A stretch of 61,775 nt of DNA, counting the filler. It is 5 parts of 5 records of this genome, joined end to end, with 100 filler letters (N's around TTAATTAATTAA, not from the genome) between each part and the next. Parts side by side here need not be neighbours in the genome. Positions count along the whole stretch, not along the records: positions 16,189 to 32,137 come from SRR31156797_1924; positions 32,238 to 47,815 come from SRR31156797_1926; 3 more parts are not named here. The stretch is one strand, 5' to 3'. This document shows positions 27,745-38,349 of this stretch, in pieces (the first letter of the stretch is position 1; the number at the start of each line of letters is the position of its first letter). Under the pieces are notes generated by a model that was not told the DNA's origin, made no database searches, and saw nothing but the letters and a program-made list of their open reading frames with translations. The position numbers and the translations under genes are program-made.

Positions 27745-29079
27745 ATGGCATTTTTAAAAGCAATCATCATGGTCACCATTCTTTCTTCCCTTCTATGGCT
27801 GTCCCAAAATACAGCCCGTTCACGGGAATTGGAGCCCGGGGTCAAAATGTATGGCCCATCAAAAAACCCACCGAGGGTTGAAATCCCTTGGTCTCCGGTT
27901 GATGAAGGGATAATGCCGAAAATTCCGCTCCGTCCCACGCCGGACACGGAGTGGACTTTTCACAAAACCTACGATAATGCCCATCCCGACGCAAATGAGC
28001 AACAGATGCTGTGGTTGATGAATCGCGCAAGGGCCGATCCCACACAAGAAGGGATATGGCTGGCAACCACGGATATTCCAAATATCGCCTCCGCGCGAAG
28101 CTATTTCAGTGTGAATGTGGTGATGCTTCAAAGCGAATTCGCCGGTTATGCCGCCAAGCCTCCCGCCGCCTTTGATGTCCGGCTCTACAATGGGGCCAAA
28201 GTTCATTCCGATGACCTGATTGCCCGCGACGCTCAGGACCACAATAATCAATTTCAAAGGGTTTCGGATGCCGGATTTTCCTATCTGCAGGCACGCGGGA
28301 ATGTGTTCTCCTATACGCAGGATGCAGTGTACGGTCATGCCGCTTTTAATATTGATTGGGGTTATGGCACCGGTGGAATGCAGGACGGACGGGGCCATCG
28401 CATGGCGATCATGTCCATTGACGGCGATTACACGAATGCGGGCATTGCCATGGTTTCGGAAAGCGACCCCGGGACGGATGTCGGTCCGCTGGTCACCACC
28501 GGGAACTTTTGTAAGGCCGATACCTCTCAACCCGATCATTACAATCGTTTTATTGTGGGGACGGTTTGGAATGATTTGGATAATGATGAAATGTATGATC
28601 CGGGAGAGGGGGTCGGCAATGTTACGGTCATGCCGAATTCCGGGACATATTACGCGGTTACTTCCAATAGCGGGGGTTATGCCATTCCGATCGGTTCCCC
28701 GGGCACCTATACACTGACATTTTCAGGGGCCGTGGATGGGATCAAAAGCGTGACTGTAGGGGCTGAGAGCGTCTTGCTGGATGACCCTTTCACGGTTCCC
28801 ACCGCCACATGTCCGTCCTGCTCCGGTGATGCCGTTCTTCTTGATGGCGTCACCTTTCCCTCCGGTGAGACATGCGCATGTACGGGCACCACCATTTCAC
28901 TTCTCAATGTAACGGTTCCAAACAATGCCACCGCCAATTTTACCGCATCAACGTCCATCACGGTAGGTCCGGGAACAACCTTTGAAGACGGCTCAAAGGC
29001 CACTCTTACCTCACCGGGCACCACATTCCAACCGGGATCTCATGTGGCAAGCGGCGCCGTATTACATGTGAGGCAGTGA
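27745..29079 (+). CDS. Secreted CAP-like domain protein with an Ig/SdrD-B-like domain and Cys-containing C-terminal tail
   Basis: Signal peptide, EQQMLWLMNRAR, GHRMAIM, GTVWNDLDNDEMYDPGEG. Confidence 0.7.
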   Translation: MAFLKAIIMVTILSSLLWLSQNTARSRELEPGVKMYGPSKNPPRVEIPWSPVDEGIMPKIPLRPTPDTEWTFHKTYDNAHPDANEQQMLWLMNRARADPTQEGIWLATTDIPNIASARSYFSVNVVMLQSEFAGYAAKPPAAFDVRLYNGAKVHSDDLIARDAQDHNNQFQRVSDAGFSYLQARGNVFSYTQDAVYGHAAFNIDWGYGTGGMQDGRGHRMAIMSIDGDYTNAGIAMVSESDPGTDVGPLVTTGNFCKADTSQPDHYNRFIVGTVWNDLDNDEMYDPGEGVGNVTVMPNSGTYYAVTSNSGGYAIPIGSPGTYTLTFSGAVDGIKSVTVGAESVLLDDPFTVPTATCPSCSGDAVLLDGVTFPSGETCACTGTTISLLNVTVPNNATANFTASTSITVGPGTTFEDGSKATLTSPGTTFQPGSHVASGAVLHVRQ

Positions 29080-29331
29080 TAAATTGGATCATCGCTTCAC
29101 CTGAAGGGACTGGCGGATGCCGGCATGGGGTATTCCCGCACCGGACCATACGGTATGGAGGTTTTACCGTACAATCATTTGAAATTGAAGTGCAGATCCT
29201 GAAATTTTCAAGGATTCTTCCGTGAAAATCCCCCGCTGTTTTGAGTAGCCCTTGAGACGTTTCGGCGCTCTGTGCTACAATGATTCCGAACCCGGTGTCA
29301 ATCAGACCCGCTCCGAAATGGTAGCGCACTT

Positions 29332-32137
29332 ATGTTTCATGGAATCCTCAAATGGGTATTATGGCTGACGGGCGTGCTGTGCTTAATGCTGATCCTTTTG
29401 GCCGCGGGACTGTTTTTTACGCCGGATATGGTTTCCACCGACTGGTTTCGACACCAGTTTGAAATGCGGGCCACCCAGACCCTTCACCGGTCCATTACCG
29501 TCCGGGATCTTCAATGGACCTGGAAAAAGGGGATCAGGGTAGAAGGGCTTGAGGCGGCCGATGCCCCCCCATATGGCAAGGGACCGCTTCTGTCGGTTGA
29601 TGAACTTCTTATTTTTGTTGATTTTGAACTGGGACGCAAACGCCTCATCGTGGATCTGGAAGCGGATGGCCTCAAAGCGAACCTGATCCGTCGAAAAGAC
29701 GGCCGCACCAATCTGGAGGCATGGCTTGCCCGGTTGAAGCCGGCCCGGGAAGCCGCGGAACCGGCCCGGGAGGCGCCGGATACGGAAAAGCCCGCAGCCC
29801 CCTTTACCCTGCCCGGCGATCTTACAGCGGAAATCAAATTGAGCAAAGCCCAATTGCGGGTGGAAGACCGGATGGAAAACCGTTTGCTCCAAATCCATGA
29901 CGGGACTTTCAACCTGGACATGCCCTCTCTCCTTTCAAAACCGGTGAATCTTACCATGAGCTCCCGTCAATCCATGGATGGAAAGGTCCTGCCGCCCCTG
30001 GATCTTTCTGCCCGTGCGGATCGTCTGGTGGATGAGACCGGTGTCCTCAATCTCGAGGCCGCCAACCTCAACATGAGCGGTGAACTGCCCGGGATCCATG
30101 TGGCAATGAAAGGGTCCATGGCACAAAAGGGTCTCCAGGGGGAAGTGAAAATGGATCTGGCGGAAGCCCTTTTACCGTTTATGCCCGGCGCCGTTCCGGA
30201 ATTGTCCGGTGCGATTCTGCTTCATACAAATGCACAACTTCAAAGGGATCAAAAGATCGGTTTTGATCTGCATTTAATTTGTAAAAATATCCTGGCGGCG
30301 GGGGGACCCTTGAAGGAAAAGCGGATCGGTCCCCTTTCCATGACCATGACCCAGAAGGGGCGCGCGGAACTTCCCGCCAGAATTGTGAACCTGGAGAGCG
30401 GTGAAATTAACTTAATGGAAAAAAGCGGTTTCTCTTTTAAAGGCCGCATAAAGATGGAAGAAAAAAACCGGGTCAATGTCAATGTGAGCCTGAACGGGGT
30501 CGCGATCCATCCGGATGAAATTCAAGACCTGGCCAAAGGGTTCATCCCCCATGGTATTGGGTGGAAAACCGTAAATAATACCCAAAGCCCTGGCTTTACA
30601 ATCGAGGAAGTTCAATTGAGCGGCACCCTTCCGGATGGAACAGCGAACCTGTCCGTGCGGAATATGACGTTGCACCTTGCAAAGCTGCATATGGCACCAT
30701 CAGAAGACCCTCTGAAAGTTGAAGATCTGACCCTGCGGGTGCCCCATACGGCGGTTCAGCTGAAAAACCGGTTTCCCAAAGACCTGGAAATGCGTCTGAA
30801 TCTTAGCGGGGAAAATATTCGAATCCCGGGGAAACAGCCCGTTTTACTGGATGAATGCCGAATATCATCTTTGAATGTGGCCATCAAAGAGATGTCCCTT
30901 TCACCGGAAGCCCTGTGGGGTGTGGCCGGCCGGATCACCCTTGAGGAGTCGGGGGTTTTCAGCGGCATCCGCCTGCCGTCCCGTAAGGATGGCACGGATC
31001 GTTTATCCCACGGGTTTATGGCCCATATTGACCTTCCTTCGGCGCCCGAAGCACGGGTGATGTTTGCCCGGGCCGACCTCTCTCTGGCCCCTTTGACAAT
31101 GGCGGAAATCCTCCCCCGTCCCCTGAAGGAAGAGCTGACCTTAAAGGGGCATGTAAAGGATGTGCGGATCACCCAACGAAAGCCTTTCAGACTGGATGTG
31201 GGGGAAATAAAAGCCGATGTGCGCTCGGGGGATGGTCTGGAACTTCACCTTCAAGGTGCGGCTTCCGATTGGGGCATGAAGGGATTTCGCACCGAAGGGC
31301 ATATGGGAATGGATCTTGGGCAGGTGCTGAGACTGGTTCCGGCTGCCTTCAGCAAAAAAGGGCGGTTTGCCGGCCGTGTGGAAACCGAGTGGCAGCTTCA
31401 AGGGAGGCTCCCCACCCAGGAGGAGATTGCAGGACTCACCGATAATACCCTGACCCTTGAAAACCGGATGCAGCATGCGCATTTTCTGGAAAAACTGGAT
31501 CTTAAAACAGAGCTTATGAATTTGACGGCCCTATTGCCCCTGAATTCCGGTGAGACGCTCTCGGCCCGGGGGATCCATACGGAAAGTCCCATCCACATCC
31601 GTACCGCCGATGGTCTGGAATCCGTTGCGGTTGAGGGGGAACTGAAAGTAAATAAATTCATGGCACTTCCATCTTTGGGGAAACTAAAGACGCCGCTTAC
31701 GGCCGGTCTTTCATTTCATGCCGTGAGCCGGAATCTCAATTCCCTGGAGTTGCGGGAAACCCTTCATTTGGCGCCCTTGGCCGTGGCCCAGACCCTTGAA
31801 CTGAATTTGAACAAATTGAACCGCCTCTTGAGAGGAAAAGAGAAACCGGACCTTTCAACCCTTCTGAAAAGAGTGGAAGCGAAAATCAATGCCGGTATCA
31901 CCATCAACACGGGACCCGGATTAGCCCCATTTGCCCGGGGGTTAAGCCTCGAAGGTCCCTTGAAAGGGGGCCTGGCCGTACAATTGCGGGGCGGAAAATC
32001 GGTTTCCATTGCAACCCATCTGGAAAGTGAAGGGATTCATGCGGCATTGCCTTCAAAATTTACCGTGGACAATCTAAGAACCCATCTTCAACTTAAGAAA
32101 ACCTATGATCTTGCCTTCGGTCCCCGGAAATCCGGAA
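29332..32137 (+). CDS. AsmA-family protein (3'-truncated)
   Basis: N-terminal TM anchor, LIRRKDGRTN AsmA-type motif, long beta-rich body. Confidence 0.75.
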
Positions 32138-32237
32138 NNNNNNNNNNNNNNNNNNNNNNNNNNNNNNNNNNNNNNNNNNNNTTAATTAATTAANNNNNNN
32201 NNNNNNNNNNNNNNNNNNNNNNNNNNNNNNNNNNNNN
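32138..32237. other. Artificial contig linker
   Basis: N44-TTAATTAATTAA-N44. Confidence 0.99.
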
Positions 32238-32238
32238 G

Positions 32239-33465
32239 GGAATTCGAATTATTGCACCTATTCCGGGTAGAGGAACTATTGGTATTGAAGTGCCAAACAG
32301 TGAACCGGAAGTTGTTTCGATGAAAGCTATTATAGGAGCTAAGAAATTTCAGACTACAAAATATGAATTGCCTATCGCTTTAGGTAAAACGATATCAAAC
32401 GAAACTTTTGTGATTGATTTAGCCAAAGCACCTCACATGCTGGTTGCCGGAGCTACAGGTCAGGGTAAATCTGTTGGTTTAAATGCCATCATCACGTCAT
32501 TATTATACAAAAAACATCCATCGCAACTCAAGTTTGTTTTGGTCGATCCTAAAAAAGTGGAACTGAATATTTACAGTAAAATTGAGCGTCACTTTTTAGC
32601 CAAACTGCCGGATGAAGACGACGAAGCTATTATTACTGACGTTCAAAAAGTTGTAACAACATTGAATTCATTAACCATTGAAATGGATGCTCGTTACGAC
32701 TTATTGAAAAAAGCACACGCCAGAAATATAAAAGAGTACAATCATAAGTTTGTAAAACGAAATTTAAATCCAGAGAATGGGCATCGTTTCTTACCTTATA
32801 TTGTTGTAGTAATTGATGAGTTTGCCGATTTAATTATGACGGCAGGAAAAGAAGTTGAAATGCCAATTGCCCGAATTGCTCAGCTGGCTCGTGCAGTAGG
32901 AATCCATATGATTGTTGCCACACAAAGGCCTTCAACCAATATTATCACCGGTGTAATTAAAGCGAACTTCCCAACTCGTGTTGCTTTTAAAGTAGCTTCT
33001 ATGATCGACTCCAGAACAATTCTGGATGCACCGGGAGCTAACCAGTTAATTGGTCGAGGCGATATGTTAATTTCTCAAGGCAGCGACTTAGTTCGTGTAC
33101 AATGCGCCTTTGTTGATACACCTGAGGTTGAAAAAATCAATGACTATATTGGCTCTCAAAAAGGTTACCCGAGTGCATTATTGCTGCCCGAATATGTTGG
33201 AGATTCAACAACATCTGAAGCTGGTGAAGTAGACATGAGTAACAAAGATGCCTTTTTTGAAGAAGCAGCCAGGGTTGTTGTGGCCAATCAATCCGGGTCT
33301 ACTTCCTTAATTCAACGAAGGTTCTCCATTGGCTATAACAGAGCTGGTAGAATTATAGATCAGCTGGAAGCTGCAGGTATTGTTGGTCCGTTTGAAGGCA
33401 GCAAAGCCCGCCAGGTTCTGGTTCCTGATGAAGTCTCACTAGAACACATACTAAAAGGCCTATAG
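32239..33465 (+). CDS. ftsK: DNA translocase FtsK (5'-truncated)
   Basis: IRIIAPIPG, AGATGQGKS, IDEFADL, ATQRPS, gamma domain IGYNRAGRII. Confidence 0.97.
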   Translation, partial: GIRIIAPIPGRGTIGIEVPNSEPEVVSMKAIIGAKKFQTTKYELPIALGKTISNETFVIDLAKAPHMLVAGATGQGKSVGLNAIITSLLYKKHPSQLKFVLVDPKKVELNIYSKIERHFLAKLPDEDDEAIITDVQKVVTTLNSLTIEMDARYDLLKKAHARNIKEYNHKFVKRNLNPENGHRFLPYIVVVIDEFADLIMTAGKEVEMPIARIAQLARAVGIHMIVATQRPSTNIITGVIKANFPTRVAFKVASMIDSRTILDAPGANQLIGRGDMLISQGSDLVRVQCAFVDTPEVEKINDYIGSQKGYPSALLLPEYVGDSTTSEAGEVDMSNKDAFFEEAARVVVANQSGSTSLIQRRFSIGYNRAGRIIDQLEAAGIVGPFEGSKARQVLVPDEVSLEHILKGL

Positions 33466-33533
33466 TTTTTTGGTATTGTTTTTGAAATTATGAAATCCAC
33501 TAACACAATAAAGAAGAATTTAAATTCAGAAAA

Positions 33534-34172
33534 ATGAAGCAACTGTTACTATTAATAGCATTTATCCCGGCTCTGGTTTCCGGGCAAAATCCAGAGAAAG
33601 CAAAAGAAATTTTGGATCAACTTTCTGCCAAAACCAAAACTTTTACAACTATTCAGGCCGAATTTTCATTTAGCCTCGAAAATCTACAAGAAGAAATCAA
33701 AGAAGAGTATTCCGGCAACATCGCTATTAAAGGAGAAAAATACAAAGCTAATTTAATGGATGTTGACACTTATTTTGATGGCAAAACACTTTGGACACAC
33801 ATGATTGATGCCGAAGAAGTAAATGTAGACGAACCGGATTTAGAAGATGAAGAAACACTCAACCCTGCTTCAATTTTCACTATTTATGAAACTGGTTTTA
33901 AATATGCTTTTTTAGGAGAAAACGAAGTGGATGGAATTACTGTATATGCTATTGATTTATTTCCGTTAAACAGAGACAAACCTTATTCCAGAATTAAATT
34001 AGAAGTAGATAAAGCAAAAATGCAGCTCTATACCATTAAACAAATAGGTAAAGATGGAAACAATTACACCATTCTGGTTAAAACATTAAAAACAAACACT
34101 CCAATGAACGACAATATGTTTGTGTTTGATGCAAACGCCAACCCGGATGTAGATATAATTGATATGAGATAG
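33534..34172 (+). CDS. lolA: Outer-membrane lipoprotein carrier LolA family
   Basis: Signal peptide, KGEKY, FDGKTLW; conserved ftsK-lolA order. Confidence 0.85.
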   Translation: MKQLLLLIAFIPALVSGQNPEKAKEILDQLSAKTKTFTTIQAEFSFSLENLQEEIKEEYSGNIAIKGEKYKANLMDVDTYFDGKTLWTHMIDAEEVNVDEPDLEDEETLNPASIFTIYETGFKYAFLGENEVDGITVYAIDLFPLNRDKPYSRIKLEVDKAKMQLYTIKQIGKDGNNYTILVKTLKTNTPMNDNMFVFDANANPDVDIIDMR

Positions 34173-34198
34173 AACAATTTTAAATATTATTTTTTTAT

Positions 34199-34225
34199 AA
34201 ATCCCCATCATTTTTGGGGATTTTT
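34199..34225 (+). terminator. Intrinsic terminator
   Basis: AAATCCCCA-TCATTTT-TGGGGATTT followed by Ts. Confidence 0.75.
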
Positions 34226-34329
34226 CGTTTAATAGTTTTTTACTTAACATTAACAATTAATTGAATTATTAAACCAAATATTCGAATCATAAGTATTATT
34301 TTAGCCATATATAATTTAATCATAAAACA

Positions 34330-35148
34330 ATGACAAAAGTGAAACTAAACCTATTTATCCTTATCCTTATTTGCTTTGGGTATGTGCAACAAATTTCCGC
34401 ACAAGATCAATTAATTAAAACCAATTCTGATACCATAAAATGTATCATTAAAGAAATTGGTGATGAAGAAATTAAATACCTATCGCCCGATATGAGCGAA
34501 AGTATTTTATTTGGAATCAATAAAGACCTTGTCAATAAAGTAATTTTGGCAAATGGAAATATATTGGAGTTTTCTGAGTATTTGTACGATCCTCAAAACT
34601 ATGTCTCCAACAAAAAAAATAATATTAAAATCGGATTCTTATCCCCATTATTTAACAGTACCAATATTTGTTTTGAAAAAAGCATTGAGCCTGGTCGAAG
34701 TTTTGAAACAACATTAGGAATTATTGGTGCAGGTTGGGATACTGGCGATTATAATGAATCAGGTATATTTATAAAGTTTGGTTATAAATTTATAAAAAGT
34801 CCGGATTACTATCTAAAAGGTCAGAAATTTGCTCACATTTTAAAAGGCACCTATATACGTCCTGAAGTTGCTTTTTCGTCTTATGCATACGATTATTATG
34901 GCTTTGATTATATTTCATTTGAAGAGTCTCCTTCCAGCCGACAAACAAATTATATGGGAGCTATATTATTGAATTTTGGTAAACAATGGATTTTTGAAAA
35001 TGGCTTTGTGGTTGATTGTTTTATTGGTGTTGGTTATGGGTTCGGAGATGACGAATACAGTTTTGGTCTGCACAAAGCTTTTATTGGTGGAGTTAATGAG
35101 TTTCCTTTAGCATTAACATCTGGCATCCGTGTTGGATGGAATTTTTAA
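34330..35148 (+). CDS. Hypothetical outer-membrane beta-barrel protein
   Basis: Signal peptide, amphipathic strands, C-terminal GIRVGWNF barrel signature. Confidence 0.6.
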   Translation: MTKVKLNLFILILICFGYVQQISAQDQLIKTNSDTIKCIIKEIGDEEIKYLSPDMSESILFGINKDLVNKVILANGNILEFSEYLYDPQNYVSNKKNNIKIGFLSPLFNSTNICFEKSIEPGRSFETTLGIIGAGWDTGDYNESGIFIKFGYKFIKSPDYYLKGQKFAHILKGTYIRPEVAFSSYAYDYYGFDYISFEESPSSRQTNYMGAILLNFGKQWIFENGFVVDCFIGVGYGFGDDEYSFGLHKAFIGGVNEFPLALTSGIRVGWNF

Positions 35149-35233
35149 TTTAAGATATACAACAAAAATATAATTACTTTTGTAAGCGTTTTGATAGACT
35201 TCAAAGCGCTTTTTCATTTTAATAAACAATCAT

Positions 35234-36268
35234 ATGCATTTCAATATTGAATCACCACAAACAACTCTTACTGAGCAAATCAATCATAAAATAAATACCA
35301 AAACCAAGCCCATTGGTTCTTTAGGTAAATTGGAAGATATAGCCCTTAAAATTTCTACAATTCAGAATACGCTAACTCCTGAATTAGAAAATCCTGCCAT
35401 ATTGGTTTGTGCAGGAGATCACGGGGTTACCGAAGATGGTGTAAGTCCATTTCCACAGGAAGTAACTTTTCAAATGGTTATGAACTTTTTAGGCAATGGT
35501 GCCGCCATCAATGTTTTTACCAAGCAAAATAATATTAAACTATTAGTAGCAGATACTGGGGTCAACTTTAATTTTGGACCTACGCCTAAACTTATTGATT
35601 TAAAAATTGCTCATGGGACTAAAAACTTTGCCAAAGAAGCGGCCATGACTATAGATCAATGTGAAAAGGCTATTTCTAACGGAGCAGATATGGTAGAAAA
35701 GCTAAACATAGAAGGTACAAACATTATTGGCTTTGGCGAAATGGGAATTGGCAATACAACTGCGGCTTCAGCTCTACTTTGTACCTATACTGGTTGTAAT
35801 GCTCAGGATGCAACTGGAGCAGGTACAGGAATGGATAAAGAAGGAATTAAGCATAAAGCATCCGTTATTGAAAAAGCGGTTCAATTGCATACTGATAAAA
35901 CCACTGCTCTGGAAAAACTAGCTGCTTTAGGTGGTTTTGAAATTGCAACCATTACAGGAGCAATGCTTAAAGCTGCTGAGCTTAAAATGACCATTATGGT
36001 AGATGGCTTTATCGTTACCTCAGCATTACTTGCATCTCATGCCATCAACCCAAAAGTTTTGGACTATTGTATTTTCTCGCACAAATCTCACGAAAAAGGG
36101 CATTCACTCATGCTTGATTATTTAAATGCAGAACCTATTTTAGATATTCACATGCGACTTGGAGAAGGAACTGGAAGCGCCGTCGCATTCCCAATTATTC
36201 AAAGTGCCGTTAACTTTTTTAATGAGATGAGTAGCTTTGAAGACGCCGGAGTCTCTAATAAAGATTGA
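35234..36268 (+). CDS. cobT: Nicotinate-nucleotide--dimethylbenzimidazole phosphoribosyltransferase
   Basis: TKPIGSLGKLE, AGDHG, GEMGIGNTT, GGFEI, MRLGEGTG. Confidence 0.97.
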   Translation: MHFNIESPQTTLTEQINHKINTKTKPIGSLGKLEDIALKISTIQNTLTPELENPAILVCAGDHGVTEDGVSPFPQEVTFQMVMNFLGNGAAINVFTKQNNIKLLVADTGVNFNFGPTPKLIDLKIAHGTKNFAKEAAMTIDQCEKAISNGADMVEKLNIEGTNIIGFGEMGIGNTTAASALLCTYTGCNAQDATGAGTGMDKEGIKHKASVIEKAVQLHTDKTTALEKLAALGGFEIATITGAMLKAAELKMTIMVDGFIVTSALLASHAINPKVLDYCIFSHKSHEKGHSLMLDYLNAEPILDIHMRLGEGTGSAVAFPIIQSAVNFFNEMSSFEDAGVSNKD

Positions 36269-36276
36269 GAAATGGA

Positions 36277-36370
36277 GAACTAGTAATTGGTCATTAGTCA
36301 TTGGCGAATATGTTATTTTGTAACTAGTGATTTAGTCAATTGCCAATGATCATTAGATCTTGGTTATTTA
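36277..36370. repeat. Degenerate heptamer tandem repeats (TCATTAG/TCATTGG-like) upstream of the four-helix-bundle gene
   Basis: tagtaat tggtcat tagtcat tggcgaa ... tagtcaat ... tcattag. Confidence 0.7.
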
Positions 36371-36417
36371 TTAAATTGCTAAAGAGTTTAATAAGTTAAA
36401 TGATTTAAAATATCAAA

Positions 36418-36786
36418 GTGACGAAATTAGATGAACTAAGAATTTACAATCTTGCCAATGAAATTGGTGATATAATATGGAAAGAGGTAACCAACTGGAA
36501 TTATCTCGAAAAAGATACAATTGGCAAACAATTGATTCGCTCTTCTGATTCTATGGCAGCAAACATAGCAGAGGGTTATGGTAGGTTTCATTTCAAAGAA
36601 AGCAAACAGTTCTTATACTATGCAAGAGGTTCTGCATATGAATCTATTTGTTGGATCACAAAGGCCGCTCGTAGAAATCTAATCAAAAACGAAACCCAAA
36701 TTCACCTCAGCTCACAACTGGAAACATTTTTAAAAGGACTAAATGCCTATATTAAAACCATAGGTAATAAGCCAATCAATAATTGA
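36418..36786 (+). CDS. Four helix bundle protein (23S rRNA IVS / bAvd-like family)
   Basis: QLIRSSDSMAANIAEGYGR and FLYYARGSAYE family signature. Confidence 0.93.
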   Translation: MTKLDELRIYNLANEIGDIIWKEVTNWNYLEKDTIGKQLIRSSDSMAANIAEGYGRFHFKESKQFLYYARGSAYESICWITKAARRNLIKNETQIHLSSQLETFLKGLNAYIKTIGNKPINN

Positions 36787-36831
36787 ATAATAACGACTAA
36801 CCAATGTCCAATTACTAATAACTATTGACTA
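36787..36831. repeat. Degenerate heptamer repeats, inverted relative to 36277-36370
   Basis: CCAATGTCCAATTACTA (36801-36817) is the reverse complement of 36281-36297 at 15 of 17 positions. Confidence 0.7.
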
Positions 36832-36846
36832 CACAAATCAATAATA

Positions 36847-37611
36847 ATGCAAGAATTAAGATTATTTTTTACCGCACTAATGTTTATTACAAGAATACCT
36901 GTTCCAAAGTGGGTTGGATATTCTGAAAAAAACTTAAACAAGTGCAATCGATACTTTCCCTTAGTTGGGATTTTGGTTGGAGGGTTTGGTGCATTTATTT
37001 TCTGGCTTAGCAGCTTCCTTTTCTCAAAAGAAATTTCCATCATACTTTCCATGGTTTCCACCATTTTATTAACCGGAGCTTTTCACGAAGATGGCTTTGC
37101 CGATGTATGTGATGGTTTTGGTGGTGGTTGGACATCAGAGAAAATTCTGGAAATTATGAAAGATTCCAGAGTAGGTGCTTATGGTATGATTGGTATGATC
37201 TTAATGCTGGCATTAAAGTTTTACGCCTTGGTTTCTATTCCTTCTATGCTGATCATTCCGACTCTTATTGCCAGCCACAGTATGAGTAGAACTATGGCTG
37301 TTTCCACCATGTATACTCTACCCTATGTAAGAGAAGACGAATTAAGCAAATCAAAACCTGTAACCAAAAATCTTCATATCCTTGATTTATGGATCGCTGC
37401 TATAATTGGACTAACATCCATCCTTATATTTCAAAACTGGGTAATTTATTTTACAGTTATTCCACTAATGGCAACGAAGTTTTTTTTGGATAGATATTTT
37501 AAGAAATGGATTGGAGGTTATGTAGGAGATTGCCTTGGAAGCATACAACAAGTTACAGAGGTAATCTTTTATTTAAGTGTTTTAGCTATTGTAAAATGGA
37601 TGACATTGTAA
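36847..37611 (+). CDS. cobS: Adenosylcobinamide-GDP ribazoletransferase
   Basis: FITRIP, TGAFHEDGFADVCDG, IMKDSRVGAYG, GGYVGDCLG. Confidence 0.97.
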   Translation: MQELRLFFTALMFITRIPVPKWVGYSEKNLNKCNRYFPLVGILVGGFGAFIFWLSSFLFSKEISIILSMVSTILLTGAFHEDGFADVCDGFGGGWTSEKILEIMKDSRVGAYGMIGMILMLALKFYALVSIPSMLIIPTLIASHSMSRTMAVSTMYTLPYVREDELSKSKPVTKNLHILDLWIAAIIGLTSILIFQNWVIYFTVIPLMATKFFLDRYFKKWIGGYVGDCLGSIQQVTEVIFYLSVLAIVKWMTL

Positions 37612-37612
37612 T

Positions 37613-38185
37613 ATGAAGGAACTCTATTTAATTCGACATACAACACCAGATATTAAACCTGGAATTTGCTATGGTCATTCAGATATAGATATTAACAGAA
37701 ATTTTAAAGAAGAATCTGCTCACATTAAAAATACTATACTGGATTTTACGCCTCAAATAGTTTATTCCAGTCCTTTAATAAGATGCAAAAAACTAGCAAA
37801 GAAACTTTTCCCTCACACCTATACTTCTTATTCTGATAACCTAAAAGAGATGAATTTTGGCCAATGGGAATTCTTACCTTGGTCAGATATACCTCAGTCT
37901 GAGATGGAAACATGGTCAGCAGATTTTGTCAACACCTCACCGCCACAAGGTGAATGCCTTCAACAACTTTACGATAGAACCATCCAGTTCTATAATCAAA
38001 CAATTTTATCTTCAGACAGTGAAAAAATAGCGATTGTAACACATTCTGGAGTTATGCGATGTATTTTGGCAAACCTGATGCAAATACCATTAAAAAATAT
38101 CTTTAAACTCAAGTTAAACTATGGAGCAATTATTAAAGTCGTCGTTCATGATAGTTTTGAGGAAATTGAATTTATAATTAGCTAG
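37613..38185 (+). CDS. cobC: Alpha-ribazole phosphatase (histidine phosphatase)
   Basis: LIRHT, SSPLIRC, EMNFGQWE, VTHSG; cob operon context. Confidence 0.9.
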   Translation: MKELYLIRHTTPDIKPGICYGHSDIDINRNFKEESAHIKNTILDFTPQIVYSSPLIRCKKLAKKLFPHTYTSYSDNLKEMNFGQWEFLPWSDIPQSEMETWSADFVNTSPPQGECLQQLYDRTIQFYNQTILSSDSEKIAIVTHSGVMRCILANLMQIPLKNIFKLKLNYGAIIKVVVHDSFEEIEFIIS

Positions 38186-38349
38186 ATCAATAGACTTTAG
38201 ACAAAAGACATGAGATTTATTCTAAATATGATTAATACACAAGCAATCATACCAAAGAATTCTTCGCTCTCCATAACCCAAACTTAGGTTGCCAGTTAAA
38301 TAACTATTGACTAATCAACCAACTACCATTGACCAATTAACGAATACAT

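Noticed and set aside
34-32009. Many long overlapping or antisense ORFs in the track (e.g. 34-1014, 920-1678, 13460-14257, 20459-21343, 27859-28539)
   Set aside because: They are shadows of well-supported genes in GC-rich DNA and have no recognisable motifs.
35149-35233. Cobalamin riboswitch upstream of cobT
   Set aside because: The intergenic region is only ~85 nt, AT-rich, with one hairpin and no B12-box.
36418-36786. Diversity-generating retroelement (Avd-like gene)
   Set aside because: No RT and no TR/VR pair on this contig. The RT relic at ~2.2 kb belongs to a different contig.
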